From a virus, in IMG/VR virus record IMGVR_UViG_3300045988_068671, positions 20,518-84,517 of that record: 64,000 nucleotides of DNA. One strand, 5' to 3'. The notes under the pieces are model-generated. The model was not told where the DNA came from and made no database searches. It saw only the letters and a program-made list of their open reading frames with translations. Of this stretch, positions 53,593-64,000 are shown in pieces; the first letter of the stretch is position 1; every line of letters begins with the position of its first letter. The position numbers and the translations under genes were made by a program.

Positions 53593-54609
53593 ATGAAGAG
53601 AATTTTTAGTATTATTTGTTTGTGTTTGATGTGTGCATTTGCTAGCGCACAAGTTGTTGAGACTGGAAGTATGAAGGATAACTGGTATATTTCTGGTAAT
53701 GTTGGAACTACTATTTGGGATAACCATAGAAGTTGGGCAGAACCAAATGATGTACTAGTAAACATTGCTATTGGTAAGGAGATTACTCCTATCTTTGGCT
53801 TGGAGTTAGACATGATGGCTGGAATGAACCAAGGAAATAAAACATTCTTTGATTCACATAATTTGACAGCTAACGTTACTACCAATCTTACTAACCTGAT
53901 ATGTGGATATAACGGAGATAGACGTCTGTTTGAGCCTATATTAATCATTGGTGCTGGTTGGTATCATACTTATGGAGGTGTCTATAATAATGTATCCGCC
54001 CGTGGAGCCGTTAGATGTAACTTTAATATCTCTAATAGATGGGCATTAAATGTTACTCCTGAGTATATGTTACTTCCCAAGACTTCCCCTCTGAATCATG
54101 AGTTTAACATCTATATTGGTGCTACCTATCGCTTTAAGTCTAGCAAAGGGGACTTTCCAATTATGAAGTTGTATAGTGATGCCGAGGTTGAAAGCCTAAA
54201 CGCTTCTATTAATGAGTTGAGAGCCAAGAATGAGGAACTTATGGCTCGTAAACCAATAGAAATTGTTAAGACGGACACAATCGAAATTACTAAAGTAGAG
54301 CTTTTGACTCCAAAAATTCAATTCCTTCAAAATTCTTCAGAGATTTCTAAAACTTCCAATGTGGCTGTCTCAGAACTAGCTTCCTATATTTCTAATAGTG
54401 GAAAAACTTATGTGATTGAGGGATATGCTTCGGAAGAAGGTCCAGAAGAGTTTAATAATAACCTTGCTGTAGCTAGGGCAGAATCTATGAAGAAGGCTCT
54501 GATTAGCTATGGTGCTCCAGAGGATAAGTTGGTTGTTAAGGGATGTGGAATTACCACTGAATTTGGAGATAATGAATTTAATCGTATCGTAATAATTTCT
54601 GAACAATGA
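53593..54609 (+). CDS. outer-membrane OmpA-family protein (signal peptide, OmpA-like C-terminus)
   Basis: VIEGYASEEGPEEFNNNLAVARAESMKKAL. Confidence 0.6.
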   Translation: MKRIFSIICLCLMCAFASAQVVETGSMKDNWYISGNVGTTIWDNHRSWAEPNDVLVNIAIGKEITPIFGLELDMMAGMNQGNKTFFDSHNLTANVTTNLTNLICGYNGDRRLFEPILIIGAGWYHTYGGVYNNVSARGAVRCNFNISNRWALNVTPEYMLLPKTSPLNHEFNIYIGATYRFKSSKGDFPIMKLYSDAEVESLNASINELRAKNEELMARKPIEIVKTDTIEITKVELLTPKIQFLQNSSEISKTSNVAVSELASYISNSGKTYVIEGYASEEGPEEFNNNLAVARAESMKKALISYGAPEDKLVVKGCGITTEFGDNEFNRIVIISEQ

Positions 54610-55046
54610 AGTATAAGAAAAAAGTAGCTTGGTTAAAGGCAAAGCAAGCATGGTGGGATAAACAAGGAAAAGATTTTCAGGCTGCAACTACCAGACCTGG
54701 GTCTGTTAAAACTCGATAAATCATGGTTGCATTTATAATTGTGTGCATAATGTTTGCCGCGTATATTTATTATGACCCGTATGTAGACATTACAGAGGAT
54801 AATGTACTACTATGGTATAATAAAAGTGGCAATAGAGAATATATTATTCTATGGTCGAGAAAAACTTAATTAAGGCATTTGTTGCCGTTCTGTTAATCGT
54901 TGTGATTTACAACGTCAGCTTATGGTTATTATCCGAATCATTGTATGCTGCAAATATCTTGGGGTTGTTACTATTACTAGTGGCAATCCCAAGTTTAGTT
55001 TATAGGATATTCAAATACATTAAGAAACATTATTTAAATAAGGAAA

Positions 55047-55874
55047 ATGAAGACAATTATTAAGCTTTTGTGTGTATTAACTTTGGTGTTTGGCTTGTCT
55101 AGTTGTGGCTACGAGAGAATTGATGCTGGTTACGAAGGCATTAAGGTGAATCTATACGGAGACGGTAAGGGAGTAGACGATGTGTCTCTTGTTACTGGCG
55201 CGGTGTGGTATAATCCTGTTACTACGGCTGTATATGAATATCCTACATTCGTACAGACTGTGGACTATCCTCCTTTCAGTATTAATGCTAAAGATGGATC
55301 ATCATTTACTGTAGACCCTACAATTTCTTTGAAGATTGTTGACGGGAAATCACCAGAAGTATTTAAGAAGTATAGAAAGGAAGATATTGTAGAGGTAATT
55401 AACACTACTTTGTATAATTACGTAAAGAATGCTTTTCGCATTCAGCTGAATAACTATACTACTGATGAACTAGTAAGTAAACGTGAGGAGTTTGAGAAGT
55501 CTATAGAAGATAGACTGTCAAAGGAACTCTTGGCTGAGAATTTTCAGCTTGAACAAATGACTTCTGGTCTTCAATATCCACAGACGCTAGTCAATTCTAT
55601 TGATGCTAAGAATGCTGCAATTCAACAGGCTTTGAAGGCAGAGAATGAAGTTAAGACTATTGAGGCAGAAGCTAAAAAGAAAGTAGCAGCTGCACAAGGA
55701 GAGGCAGAAGCTCTTAAGATTAAGGGTGATGCAGAAGCTGAATATAATAGAAAGATTTCAGCATCTTTGTCAGTTCTCATAGTTCAGCAGGATATGATTA
55801 AGAAGTGGGATGGAAAACTTCCTACTTATGGTCAGGTTCCCACCTTATTTAAAGACGTAGCTAATAACAAATGA
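55047..55874 (+). CDS. SPFH/prohibitin-like lipoprotein (lipobox LSSCG)
   Basis: band-7-like core plus AEAEAKKK coiled coil. Confidence 0.55.
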   Translation: MKTIIKLLCVLTLVFGLSSCGYERIDAGYEGIKVNLYGDGKGVDDVSLVTGAVWYNPVTTAVYEYPTFVQTVDYPPFSINAKDGSSFTVDPTISLKIVDGKSPEVFKKYRKEDIVEVINTTLYNYVKNAFRIQLNNYTTDELVSKREEFEKSIEDRLSKELLAENFQLEQMTSGLQYPQTLVNSIDAKNAAIQQALKAENEVKTIEAEAKKKVAAAQGEAEALKIKGDAEAEYNRKISASLSVLIVQQDMIKKWDGKLPTYGQVPTLFKDVANNK

Positions 55875-56190
55875 TGTATCTAGTAATATGCACTGTGATG
55901 GTAATCATCACGGTGCTTATCTTGAAAGATACCCATGTAACCGTTTATTACAATGGGTATAGCAGAAGTGTGGCACTTATAGAAGAAGACTATGACCTTA
56001 AAGTTCCAGTGTGGCTAGTTTTAGTAATACTAATCCTAGGATTTATCCCAGTACTGAACATTATGCTATACACAGTAGGATATTTATTCTATATAGTTCA
56101 TGCTGTGTGGAATCCAGACAAGTTGTCTGGATATACACATAAGTTCAATCTAAGAGGAAATAATTTTCTAACTAGAATAGTGAAGAAGAT

Positions 56191-56715
56191 ATGGAAATTC
56201 TTAAATGTATGTGTATAACACTGAGACATCTTAGGCGAATACTTAGACATAAGTTTTGGGTAGCTTATTACTGTTTTCAGTTAGGTTTATACAAACAGGG
56301 CATCTTGCACGACTTATCTAAATTCGGATGGTATGAGTTCTCTCGTTCTGTAAAATTTTACGATGATGACACATCTCCCTTAAACAAGGAAAAAGAAATT
56401 CTAGGATATTCTAGGTCTTATTTACATCACAGAGGAAGAAATCCACACCATTATGAATACTGGGTAACTAAGCTAGACATTGGCGGTGTTCCAGTGAAGA
56501 TGCCTAAAGAGTATGCTCTAGAATTGGTATGCGATTATCTGGCTGCTGGTAAAGTATACAACGGTAATAGTTTTCAAGGAGAATATAACTGGTGGATTAA
56601 GTATATAAATTCTCCTAGGGCTATCCATCCAGAAACGAAGGAATTTATCACTCAGTGTTTTAAGAATTTAGCTAGTGGTAAAGGCATGAAAAGTTTATTA
56701 ACAATTAGTTATTAA
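56191..56715 (+). CDS. hypothetical protein with possible HD-like His motifs
   Basis: LHDLSKF ... HHRGRNPHH. Confidence 0.3.
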   Translation: MEILKCMCITLRHLRRILRHKFWVAYYCFQLGLYKQGILHDLSKFGWYEFSRSVKFYDDDTSPLNKEKEILGYSRSYLHHRGRNPHHYEYWVTKLDIGGVPVKMPKEYALELVCDYLAAGKVYNGNSFQGEYNWWIKYINSPRAIHPETKEFITQCFKNLASGKGMKSLLTISY

Positions 56716-56728
56716 AATAATTTTTAGA

Positions 56729-58291
56729 ATGGAAATAATTAATGCAACAGATGGCTATAAATTGGGCCACCATAGAATGTATCCAGAAGGTACTGAACAA
56801 GTTTACAGTAATTGGACTCCTAGAAGTAACAAATACTTTCCAGAAGCCACTGAAGGTTCTGTAGTATTCGGAATCCAATATTTAATTAAGAAGTATCTGA
56901 TTGATGAATTTAATCAGAATTTCTTTGGATTGCCCAAAGAGAAAGCTGTAGAAATGTTTTATCGAAGAGTTCATAACTTCGTGGGAATTGAGTCCGTAGG
57001 ATATAAACATATTGAAGCCTTGTATGATTTAGGTTATCTTCCCATTCGCATTAAAGCGTTGCCAGAAGGTTCAATATGCCCTATTAGGGTTCCTATGATG
57101 ACTATTACTAATACAAAGTCAGAGTTCTTCTGGTTAACTAATTATTTAGAGACTTTGATTAGTTGTACTCTGTGGATGCCTTGCACCTCTGCTACTAGAG
57201 CAAGACTCTATAAGAATGAACTTAAAAGACACGCAGTACATACTGGATTTCCAGAAGATGTAAATCTGGATTTCTTGTGTCATGACTTCTCTATGAGAGG
57301 AATGGCTGGTTTAGAGGCCGCTATCATTTCTGGTATGGCACATATGACTTCGTTTGTTGGAAGTGAGACCATTCCAGCTATTGCTGCTCTAGAAGAATAT
57401 TATGGTGCAAATTCTGACAATGAATTAATTGCCGCCACTGTTCCAGCTACAGAACATTCTGTAATGTGTGCTGGTGGAGAAGAGGATGAACTTCAAACCT
57501 TTAAGCGATTAATTAACGAATTGTATCCATCTGGGTTCGTTTCTATAGTTTCTGATACTTGGGACTTCTGGAATGTTATTGAAAACTTCCTTCCCAAATT
57601 AAAGAAGGATATTATGGCTCGTGATGGACGTGTAGTTATTCGTCCAGATAGCGGAGACCCTGTTGATATTATTTGTGGTTTAAGAACTAATCCTCACTTC
57701 CATACTAGAATGAAAGAGGGTAAGTATTATTGTTGCTACGCTCCATTTAACGATGATGCTGAGTATGTAGAAGTTTCAGAAGGTCAATACTACGGTGCTT
57801 ATTATATGCTTGGTAAGATTTTTGGATGGAATACTACTTCTAAGGATTATCGCTATCCTAGTACGAAAATAGGTTTGTTGTATGGTGATTCTATCACTCT
57901 TGAACGTCAGAAGCAAATCTATATGCGACTTGAGAATGCTCATATGGCAGCTTGCAATCTTGTTCTAGGAGTAGGTTCATTTTCATATCAGTATGCAAGT
58001 AGAGATAGCTTAGGCTTTGCAATCAAAGCTACTGCTTGTGTAGTTAATGGAGAATTGAAAGAAATATTCAAACATCCTAAAACAGATGATGGAACTAAAA
58101 ATTCTCTTAAAGGTCTAATTGCTGTCTATCAGGACGTTAATGGCGTTTACTATGCTGAAGACCAGGTAACTCCTGAGGTAGAAAGCGGAGGCTGCTTAGA
58201 GACTGTGTTCGAAGATGGCGTCCTTAAAAAGGAGTACACTCTTAAAGAAATTAGACAGCGGATTAATGAAGGGCTTTATGGAAAGTTTTAA
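56729..58291 (+). CDS. nadV: nicotinamide phosphoribosyltransferase
   Basis: NAMPT-like N-terminus DGYKLGHHRMYPEGT and overall length. Confidence 0.75.
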   Translation: MEIINATDGYKLGHHRMYPEGTEQVYSNWTPRSNKYFPEATEGSVVFGIQYLIKKYLIDEFNQNFFGLPKEKAVEMFYRRVHNFVGIESVGYKHIEALYDLGYLPIRIKALPEGSICPIRVPMMTITNTKSEFFWLTNYLETLISCTLWMPCTSATRARLYKNELKRHAVHTGFPEDVNLDFLCHDFSMRGMAGLEAAIISGMAHMTSFVGSETIPAIAALEEYYGANSDNELIAATVPATEHSVMCAGGEEDELQTFKRLINELYPSGFVSIVSDTWDFWNVIENFLPKLKKDIMARDGRVVIRPDSGDPVDIICGLRTNPHFHTRMKEGKYYCCYAPFNDDAEYVEVSEGQYYGAYYMLGKIFGWNTTSKDYRYPSTKIGLLYGDSITLERQKQIYMRLENAHMAACNLVLGVGSFSYQYASRDSLGFAIKATACVVNGELKEIFKHPKTDDGTKNSLKGLIAVYQDVNGVYYAEDQVTPEVESGGCLETVFEDGVLKKEYTLKEIRQRINEGLYGKF

Positions 58292-58718
58292 CCATCCATT
58301 TGGAAAAGAGGCTTGCAAGAAACGACTATTAGAAGAGTATCATAAATACAGAAAGCTAATAGTCGCTTTCGATTTTGATAATACTATTTTCGATTACCAT
58401 AATACTGGCGGAGATTATAGTTGCGTTATAGAACTACTTAAAGAATGCTCACTTCTAGGTTTTGAAATGATTTTATTCACCACTGATGAAGATGATTATA
58501 AAATTATGGCAAAGCAGACAATTTGTATGCGATTAGGAATAGCAAATATTACTTCTAATACTTTATCTGCTCCAAACATTAGTAGTTCTATATTCTCTAA
58601 ATCTAAGAAACCTTATTACAATATCCTCCTAGATGATAGGGCAGGTCTAGAAGAAAGTTATGAAATCTTAAAATATGTAGTAGATGAAATTAAACTTAAT
58701 CAACAAGGAAATCAGTGA
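58215..58718 (+). CDS. HAD-superfamily phosphatase-like protein
   Basis: FDFDNTI motif. Confidence 0.5.
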   Translation: MASLKRSTLLKKLDSGLMKGFMESFNHPFGKEACKKRLLEEYHKYRKLIVAFDFDNTIFDYHNTGGDYSCVIELLKECSLLGFEMILFTTDEDDYKIMAKQTICMRLGIANITSNTLSAPNISSSIFSKSKKPYYNILLDDRAGLEESYEILKYVVDEIKLNQQGNQ

Positions 58719-59493
58719 AATTAAGTACGATGTTACTAGATTTCCTGATGGAGAGCCTCAGTTTTTCCTTACTGAGGAATTAAACAGAAAGGAATCTATT
58801 GATGTCATTTGTAGAATATCTAATACTGAGGATTTATTCCTCTTAATGCAAGTAGGAGATATTTTAGATAGACAAGAAGTAGAATGGGATTTACATATTA
58901 CTTATTTAATGTCTATGCGTATGGATAGAGTAATGAGTTTTAATCGTCCATTCTCCTTGAAAGTAGTATGTAATATGTTAAATAGCTTAGGCTATAGAAA
59001 CATATATGTTCTTGAGGCACATTCTAGTAGAACTTTTCATCTTCTTGGTGACAGATGTTTACCTTGGGAATTTGGACACTACTCTTGGATTCCAGCCCAA
59101 AGTAATATCGTGTTCCCAGACCATGGGGCGAAGGACAGATATGGAAGTAACTATTCTCACTATGGTTATTTAGTCTTCAAAAAGGAAAGAAATCTAGAGA
59201 CTGGAAGAATTGAGTCCTTTGAAATAGAGGAGTCTAAGAATTGCTACTATTCTACATTTGTGTTCATTGATGACTTGTGTGATGCTGGAGGAACTTTCCT
59301 AGGAGAGCTTAAGGTTCTCAAAGAGAGATATCCAAATAGCAAGTTTATCATAATCGTATGTCATGTAGTTAATGATAAAGGCCTGGTTAATATGTGTAAT
59401 AATTTTGACCAGGTTATTGTATCTAATTCTCATAGGGATATTAATTATCGTCCCGGCAACGAGAACTTAACTGTAATAGACGTTTGTAAATAA
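58684..59493 (+). CDS. prs: ribose-phosphate pyrophosphokinase (PRPP synthetase)-like
   Basis: FPDGE ... VFIDDLCDAGGTF. Confidence 0.65.
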   Translation: MKLNLINKEISEIKYDVTRFPDGEPQFFLTEELNRKESIDVICRISNTEDLFLLMQVGDILDRQEVEWDLHITYLMSMRMDRVMSFNRPFSLKVVCNMLNSLGYRNIYVLEAHSSRTFHLLGDRCLPWEFGHYSWIPAQSNIVFPDHGAKDRYGSNYSHYGYLVFKKERNLETGRIESFEIEESKNCYYSTFVFIDDLCDAGGTFLGELKVLKERYPNSKFIIIVCHVVNDKGLVNMCNNFDQVIVSNSHRDINYRPGNENLTVIDVCK

Positions 59494-60429
59494 CAAAATA
59501 AAATGGTAATTGAAGGTCCTTTTTACAGACTTACTCCCATTAGTGAATCTTCTCCGAGGTTTGACTTGGAATTGTTGTATGATATTGGTGGGAAAAATCC
59601 GAGAAAAGAATTTAAAGTGGAGGGCTACGGCTATCCCCTAGAAGCTGCTATAGAGCGATGTCGCCATTATGCAGTAAGAAAAAAGTTCGGAAAAGATGAA
59701 GTTATAACTTTAGGTAGGTACTTAGATGAGTTTAAAAAGGCAAAGGAGGAAATTAAACTCGAAGTCTCAGGAGATTCAGGAGATTCTAGCGGAGAGGCTG
59801 AATAAGCTTTGTAGATTCTTAGATGAGGAATATGACGTTAATTGTGGAGGGTGTTGCTATATAGCATACTGTCTAGCCAGGCTACTAAGTAGAGATAAAT
59901 TCAAGTTCAAAGTCATTATTTACGAGGATTATGAACTAGAAGAAAAGTTTAGCGAAGTAGAGAGAAGTCATTATCATTATGCGATTTCTATTGGAAAGTA
60001 CACCATAAACGCAGCAGATTGTGATGATGACGATAGCTTTTGCAGAAATGTGTATACTGGTGTAAAAGCTTCCGAACTACTATCTCACTATCAGAAATGT
60101 AGCTGGAATGACTGTTATAATACTCAAAAGAATCAATTCATTTTTAAGACTATAAAGGTATTTTATGACGACCTCACGGAGGACTTACGAGAAGGATAAA
60201 CAGATTGTGCATACGCATGATAAGTTTATCTACTGTAGTTCAGTATATCAAATATGGAGCTGGGGAGCTGCTCTAATGGAAGAAAAATACTACTCTTCTA
60301 ATAAACCCATTGTATTGAAAAAGAATCAACTATGCTGTAAGAGGAAGAAATACTCTCTGCATAGGTTCTTTGAATTACAATTTGCTCCCGAAGAATATTT
60401 AATTAATAACGGTTTTAAAATTGTAGAAA

Positions 60430-61014
60430 ATGAAACAGGATGTGATTGAGTACATGGTAGACTCATTTGTAGACTTTAAGGGTGAAGAACGTAAAATTGT
60501 AGCTTGTGCTTTAAGTCAGGCTGCTGAAGTAAGTGAGGATGATTGTGTCTTAGCAGTAGGTTGGGTGGCTCCCGATGAATACATATGCACAAATGATCCG
60601 GACTATGCTAGAATCTGTAGAGTAGTAACCGTTGGTATTGCAGTATGTAATCCTAGTGATACCTTCGATTTGGCTAAGGGACAGAAGAAGGCTTACGATA
60701 AGGCTCTTCATGATCCAAAGTGTCCAGCTATTTATACTACATCTAGAGGTGTAGCAGGTAAAGTGCTGGTAAAAGCATTCTTGGAACAGGAGCTTACTTT
60801 CTTGAAAGAAAATCCAGAGCGTATCATTAAGGGATATAACCAAATGAAAGCTCGGTTTGAAAGAAAAGAAGCCCTCAAAAATGAAATCAAAAATCTCTCT
60901 GATAAAGAGAAGCAAGCTTTGAATCTAGCTAAAGAAGGTATAGATGTAGTTAAATGCGCTGAACTGGTAACTAAAGCCAAGGCAATAGGCGTTGATCTGA
61001 ATGAACAGGACTAA
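60430..61014 (+). CDS. hypothetical protein (194 aa)
   Basis: ORF track. Confidence 0.45.
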   Translation: MKQDVIEYMVDSFVDFKGEERKIVACALSQAAEVSEDDCVLAVGWVAPDEYICTNDPDYARICRVVTVGIAVCNPSDTFDLAKGQKKAYDKALHDPKCPAIYTTSRGVAGKVLVKAFLEQELTFLKENPERIIKGYNQMKARFERKEALKNEIKNLSDKEKQALNLAKEGIDVVKCAELVTKAKAIGVDLNEQD

Positions 61015-62094
61015 GTTTTGCTATATCTTAATAGCCTTGATGGGATTGTTAATTATTTATTTGCTAATACCTAAGAAGGAAACCACAGTTTCTCCACCTA
61101 ATGTGCAGGAAATAGTAAGGGATTCTATAATTAGAGATAGCATCTATATAGTTAACGATTCCATCGTGGAGAAAATTAAGTATATAGACAAAGAGTATGA
61201 TGAGAAAGTATCTACTATTATGTCTAGTTCTGATAGCATCAATTTGTGCTTTTTCTCAGAATACATCGACCGTTACAATAACCAGCGAGCAACTAAAAAC
61301 AACTAATCTGATATTTGCTGAGCATCAGAAGTTGTCTGAAACTGTTCCGTTATTGAATAAGCGAATAACTAATCTAGAACTAATAAATAAGAGTTGGGAA
61401 AAAACGGATTCTCTTCGTAGAGTTCAGTTACTGTATTATGGAAACATAATTGAAGATAAAAATAGATCTATTGAAGGTCTTAATAAGTCTTTAAAAAAGA
61501 AGCAGAATGTCATTAAATATGGCACTGCTGGTTCATGTGTATTAATATTATTATGCCTATTACTGAAGTAATGTTTAAGGACAAAGATGGTTTTCACTAC
61601 AAACATCCTGAACGTAGCTGCACTAGGTGTAAGAATTACCCTTGCTTGCCTAACATGGATAAGCTGCAAGGAGACTTCGCTTCTTATGGTTGTAGGAAGT
61701 TCGAGGATATTAATACATTTGAAGTGTGGAAACCAAAGAAGTAACTTACCATGTCAAATTTGTTGCTGAATGTGAGGACGGGATGGGATACGCTAATTAT
61801 GTCTTTGAAAGGCTAGAATATGATAATCTAGATTACAAGGATATAATGTGTGTTCGATTCCCGAATTGGAACCAGTGTTCTATGAAATTAGGAGATGTCG
61901 GCTATGTTTCACTAAGATACGTAGAAGAAGGCATCGATAAATGGTACGATGGTAAAGATTTTGTTCCATACAAGGATAGTAATATAATTTTCTTGAAATT
62001 TATTCATGAAAAGCCTATCATTGAAGATGGACAAATATTATTAGATTAACATTAAAAAGGAGATAAACTATGAAGTATTTTTAAAGAATAATTT

Positions 62095-62958
62095 ATGACT
62101 GTATTAGGAGATAAGCTGAGAGAGGCTTTGAGCGATAAAGCAAACGACGTTAATAGCTATGTATGGAAAGGACCTAAGGTAAATGGGGTCCAGGAGGAAA
62201 TTAAATTGGTAGACGCAGGTTATGACCAGCTAAGACGATTCTACAATCATTGTGAACAAATGTTGTACAACTCTGATACCAAGAATCCGGGTCGTGTAAC
62301 ATTACTCGGAATTGTGTCCGACCAAATACAAAGATGTCGTGCAGAGCTTCTTATTAGATGGCTTAGAGCTGAAAAGCAATACACAAACACACGTTGTTTG
62401 GAAGACTTGAAAGCTGTTATCAAAAACAATAAGGAAGTGTTAACTAATGAGGCTATTAAGGTCTATCCAATTGGAGAGATTCTTAATGGAATCCCTGTAG
62501 AGTTTAGAGAAGTACCAGTAAGTTTAGTTATGGATGCTTGTTTAGATTCCTTGGGATTGTTTGACAACTCTCATTTGACGCTTAACTTCATTGTAAAAAT
62601 GGGACTGTGGTTTACACAGCAAGAAATGCAGAAAGACTTGTATCGTAAAGACCCAGTGACAGGTAAAGCTGTTAACAGACTGTTAGTAGTAAGTAAGGAA
62701 CTTCGTTTGAATCCTTCTATAGCTCTGAAAATCTGTGATACTGGATTAAGTTATGCTGAGTTTAGATCTATGTGTAGATTGAAACGAGATAAATATGCTA
62801 ACTTAACTAGTGATCAGCTCAGACTGCTATCAAACAAAGTTCTTTATCGCTTCCAGAATCAATGTGAAAGTCAAGCCAAACAGTGGAAGGACAAAATGGA
62901 AGAAATTAAGAAAGTTGCCGAACTTAAAGGTTGGGACATCACTAGAAATATAGACTAA
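62095..62958 (+). CDS. hypothetical protein (287 aa)
   Basis: ORF track. Confidence 0.5.
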   Translation: MTVLGDKLREALSDKANDVNSYVWKGPKVNGVQEEIKLVDAGYDQLRRFYNHCEQMLYNSDTKNPGRVTLLGIVSDQIQRCRAELLIRWLRAEKQYTNTRCLEDLKAVIKNNKEVLTNEAIKVYPIGEILNGIPVEFREVPVSLVMDACLDSLGLFDNSHLTLNFIVKMGLWFTQQEMQKDLYRKDPVTGKAVNRLLVVSKELRLNPSIALKICDTGLSYAEFRSMCRLKRDKYANLTSDQLRLLSNKVLYRFQNQCESQAKQWKDKMEEIKKVAELKGWDITRNID

Positions 62959-64000
62959 TGAAGGACCTTTTTACTCCTGTCACTCGTGATGAGCGGCAGG
63001 AGGAGTCCGTCAAAAAGTGGATTAAGTCCAAAGGAAGAGGTACAATAGTTGCTTGTACTGGGTATGGAAAGACTAGGGTTGCTACTATTATTATAGGAAA
63101 ACTTATTTCTAAGTATCCTTCTATCAAGGTATTAGTAGTCGTTCCAAATTCTACTTTGCAAGAACAATGGTCTGGAATCCTAGACAGTTTGGGATATGGA
63201 TTGAATGTCGAAGTTGGAATTATTAATTCCATGGCAAAGAACGGGTATGATTGTGACCTTCTAATTCTGGATGAAATTCACAGATGTCCTGCTGATACTT
63301 TCTCTTCAGTATTTACTAAGGTAAAATATAAACTTATTCTTGGCTTAACTGCTACTATAGAGAGACTCGATGGAAAGCACAGTATCATAGAAAAATACTG
63401 TCCAGAGATTGATAATATTTCTATAGAAGTAGCCAAAGCCAATGGTTGGGTATCAAACTTTTCAGAATATCAAGTTATAATAACGGTGGACGACATAGAC
63501 TTGTATAGAAAATATAACAAGGAGTTTGTTCAACATTTTGAATATTTTAACTTTGATTTTGACTTAGTTATGAGTATGTTAGGTCAAAACGGATTTGTCA
63601 ATAGGGCTAAGTATAGGGACGAACTATGTAACCGAAACAGCAAGCTGGATAGGAAAGAAGTTTTCAAAGAAATTACTTTTCATGCTACGGCATTTATGAG
63701 AGCTTTGCAGAGTAGGAAAAAGTTCATATACAATCATGCTAAGAAGCTAGAAATAGCCAAGAAGATAATCAAGTATAGGTCCGATAAGAAAATCATTACC
63801 TTTTCAGCTAATGTGAAAATGGCTGAAAGCATAGGTATAGGATACGTTTATACTGGAAGAGAGAGTAAAAAGAAAAACAGAATAACTATAGAGGAATTTT
63901 CCACACTTAGCTCTGGAGTACTTAATAGCGTCCAGCTAGCTAATGAGGGTTTGGACTGTAAGGGTTTATCTGTTGGTATTGTTCTTGGTCTAGATTCCAG
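62958..64000 (+). CDS. SF2 (DEAH-box) helicase, partial; runs off the window end
   Basis: Walker A ACTGYGKT, LILDEIHR, GLTAT. Confidence 0.65.
   Translation, partial: MKDLFTPVTRDERQEESVKKWIKSKGRGTIVACTGYGKTRVATIIIGKLISKYPSIKVLVVVPNSTLQEQWSGILDSLGYGLNVEVGIINSMAKNGYDCDLLILDEIHRCPADTFSSVFTKVKYKLILGLTATIERLDGKHSIIEKYCPEIDNISIEVAKANGWVSNFSEYQVIITVDDIDLYRKYNKEFVQHFEYFNFDFDLVMSMLGQNGFVNRAKYRDELCNRNSKLDRKEVFKEITFHATAFMRALQSRKKFIYNHAKKLEIAKKIIKYRSDKKIITFSANVKMAESIGIGYVYTGRESKKKNRITIEEFSTLSSGVLNSVQLANEGLDCKGLSVGIVLGLDS

Noticed and set aside
1-64000. CRISPR array or integrase/att sites
   Set aside because: No regularly spaced direct repeats and no recombinase motifs seen; the repeated motifs are explained by DGR TR/VR, tRNA T-loops and coiled-coil repeats

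Overview
This 64 kb window reads as an AT-rich, tailed-phage-like genome segment that appears to use TAG as a sense codon (probably Gln, code 15-like). It has two divergent arms. Positions 1..19266 are a minus-strand late/structural block: a TAG-interrupted terminase large subunit, a portal-like gene, tail-fibre-like repeat proteins and a PD-(D/E)xK nuclease. In that block the true reading frames are broken into <100 aa ORF pieces by in-frame TAG and end at TAA/TGA. Positions 19586..64000 are a plus-strand block that mostly uses standard stops but contains a few TAG-bearing genes. It carries about 27 tRNA genes, including two CUA-anticodon (amber suppressor) tRNAs, a tmRNA-like gene, and HNH and GIY-YIG homing endonucleases. 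It also carries a radical-SAM enzyme, an NfeD/flotillin pair plus a second SPFH lipoprotein and an OmpA-like protein. Further along are RNase H, a NadV-HAD-Prs NAD+ salvage cluster, a glucosaminidase-type lysin and a partial SF2 helicase. The main discovery is a diversity-generating retroelement (DGR) at the left end. It comprises a TAG-recoded reverse transcriptase (running off the window), a 98-bp template repeat, and two variable repeats whose differences from the template fall almost exclusively at template adenines. VR1 lies in the adjacent minus-strand tail-fibre-like gene. VR2 lies about 28 kb away on the opposite strand in a small plus-strand gene. All coordinates were derived by hand and are approximate to within a few nt. 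Functional calls come from motif recognition only.
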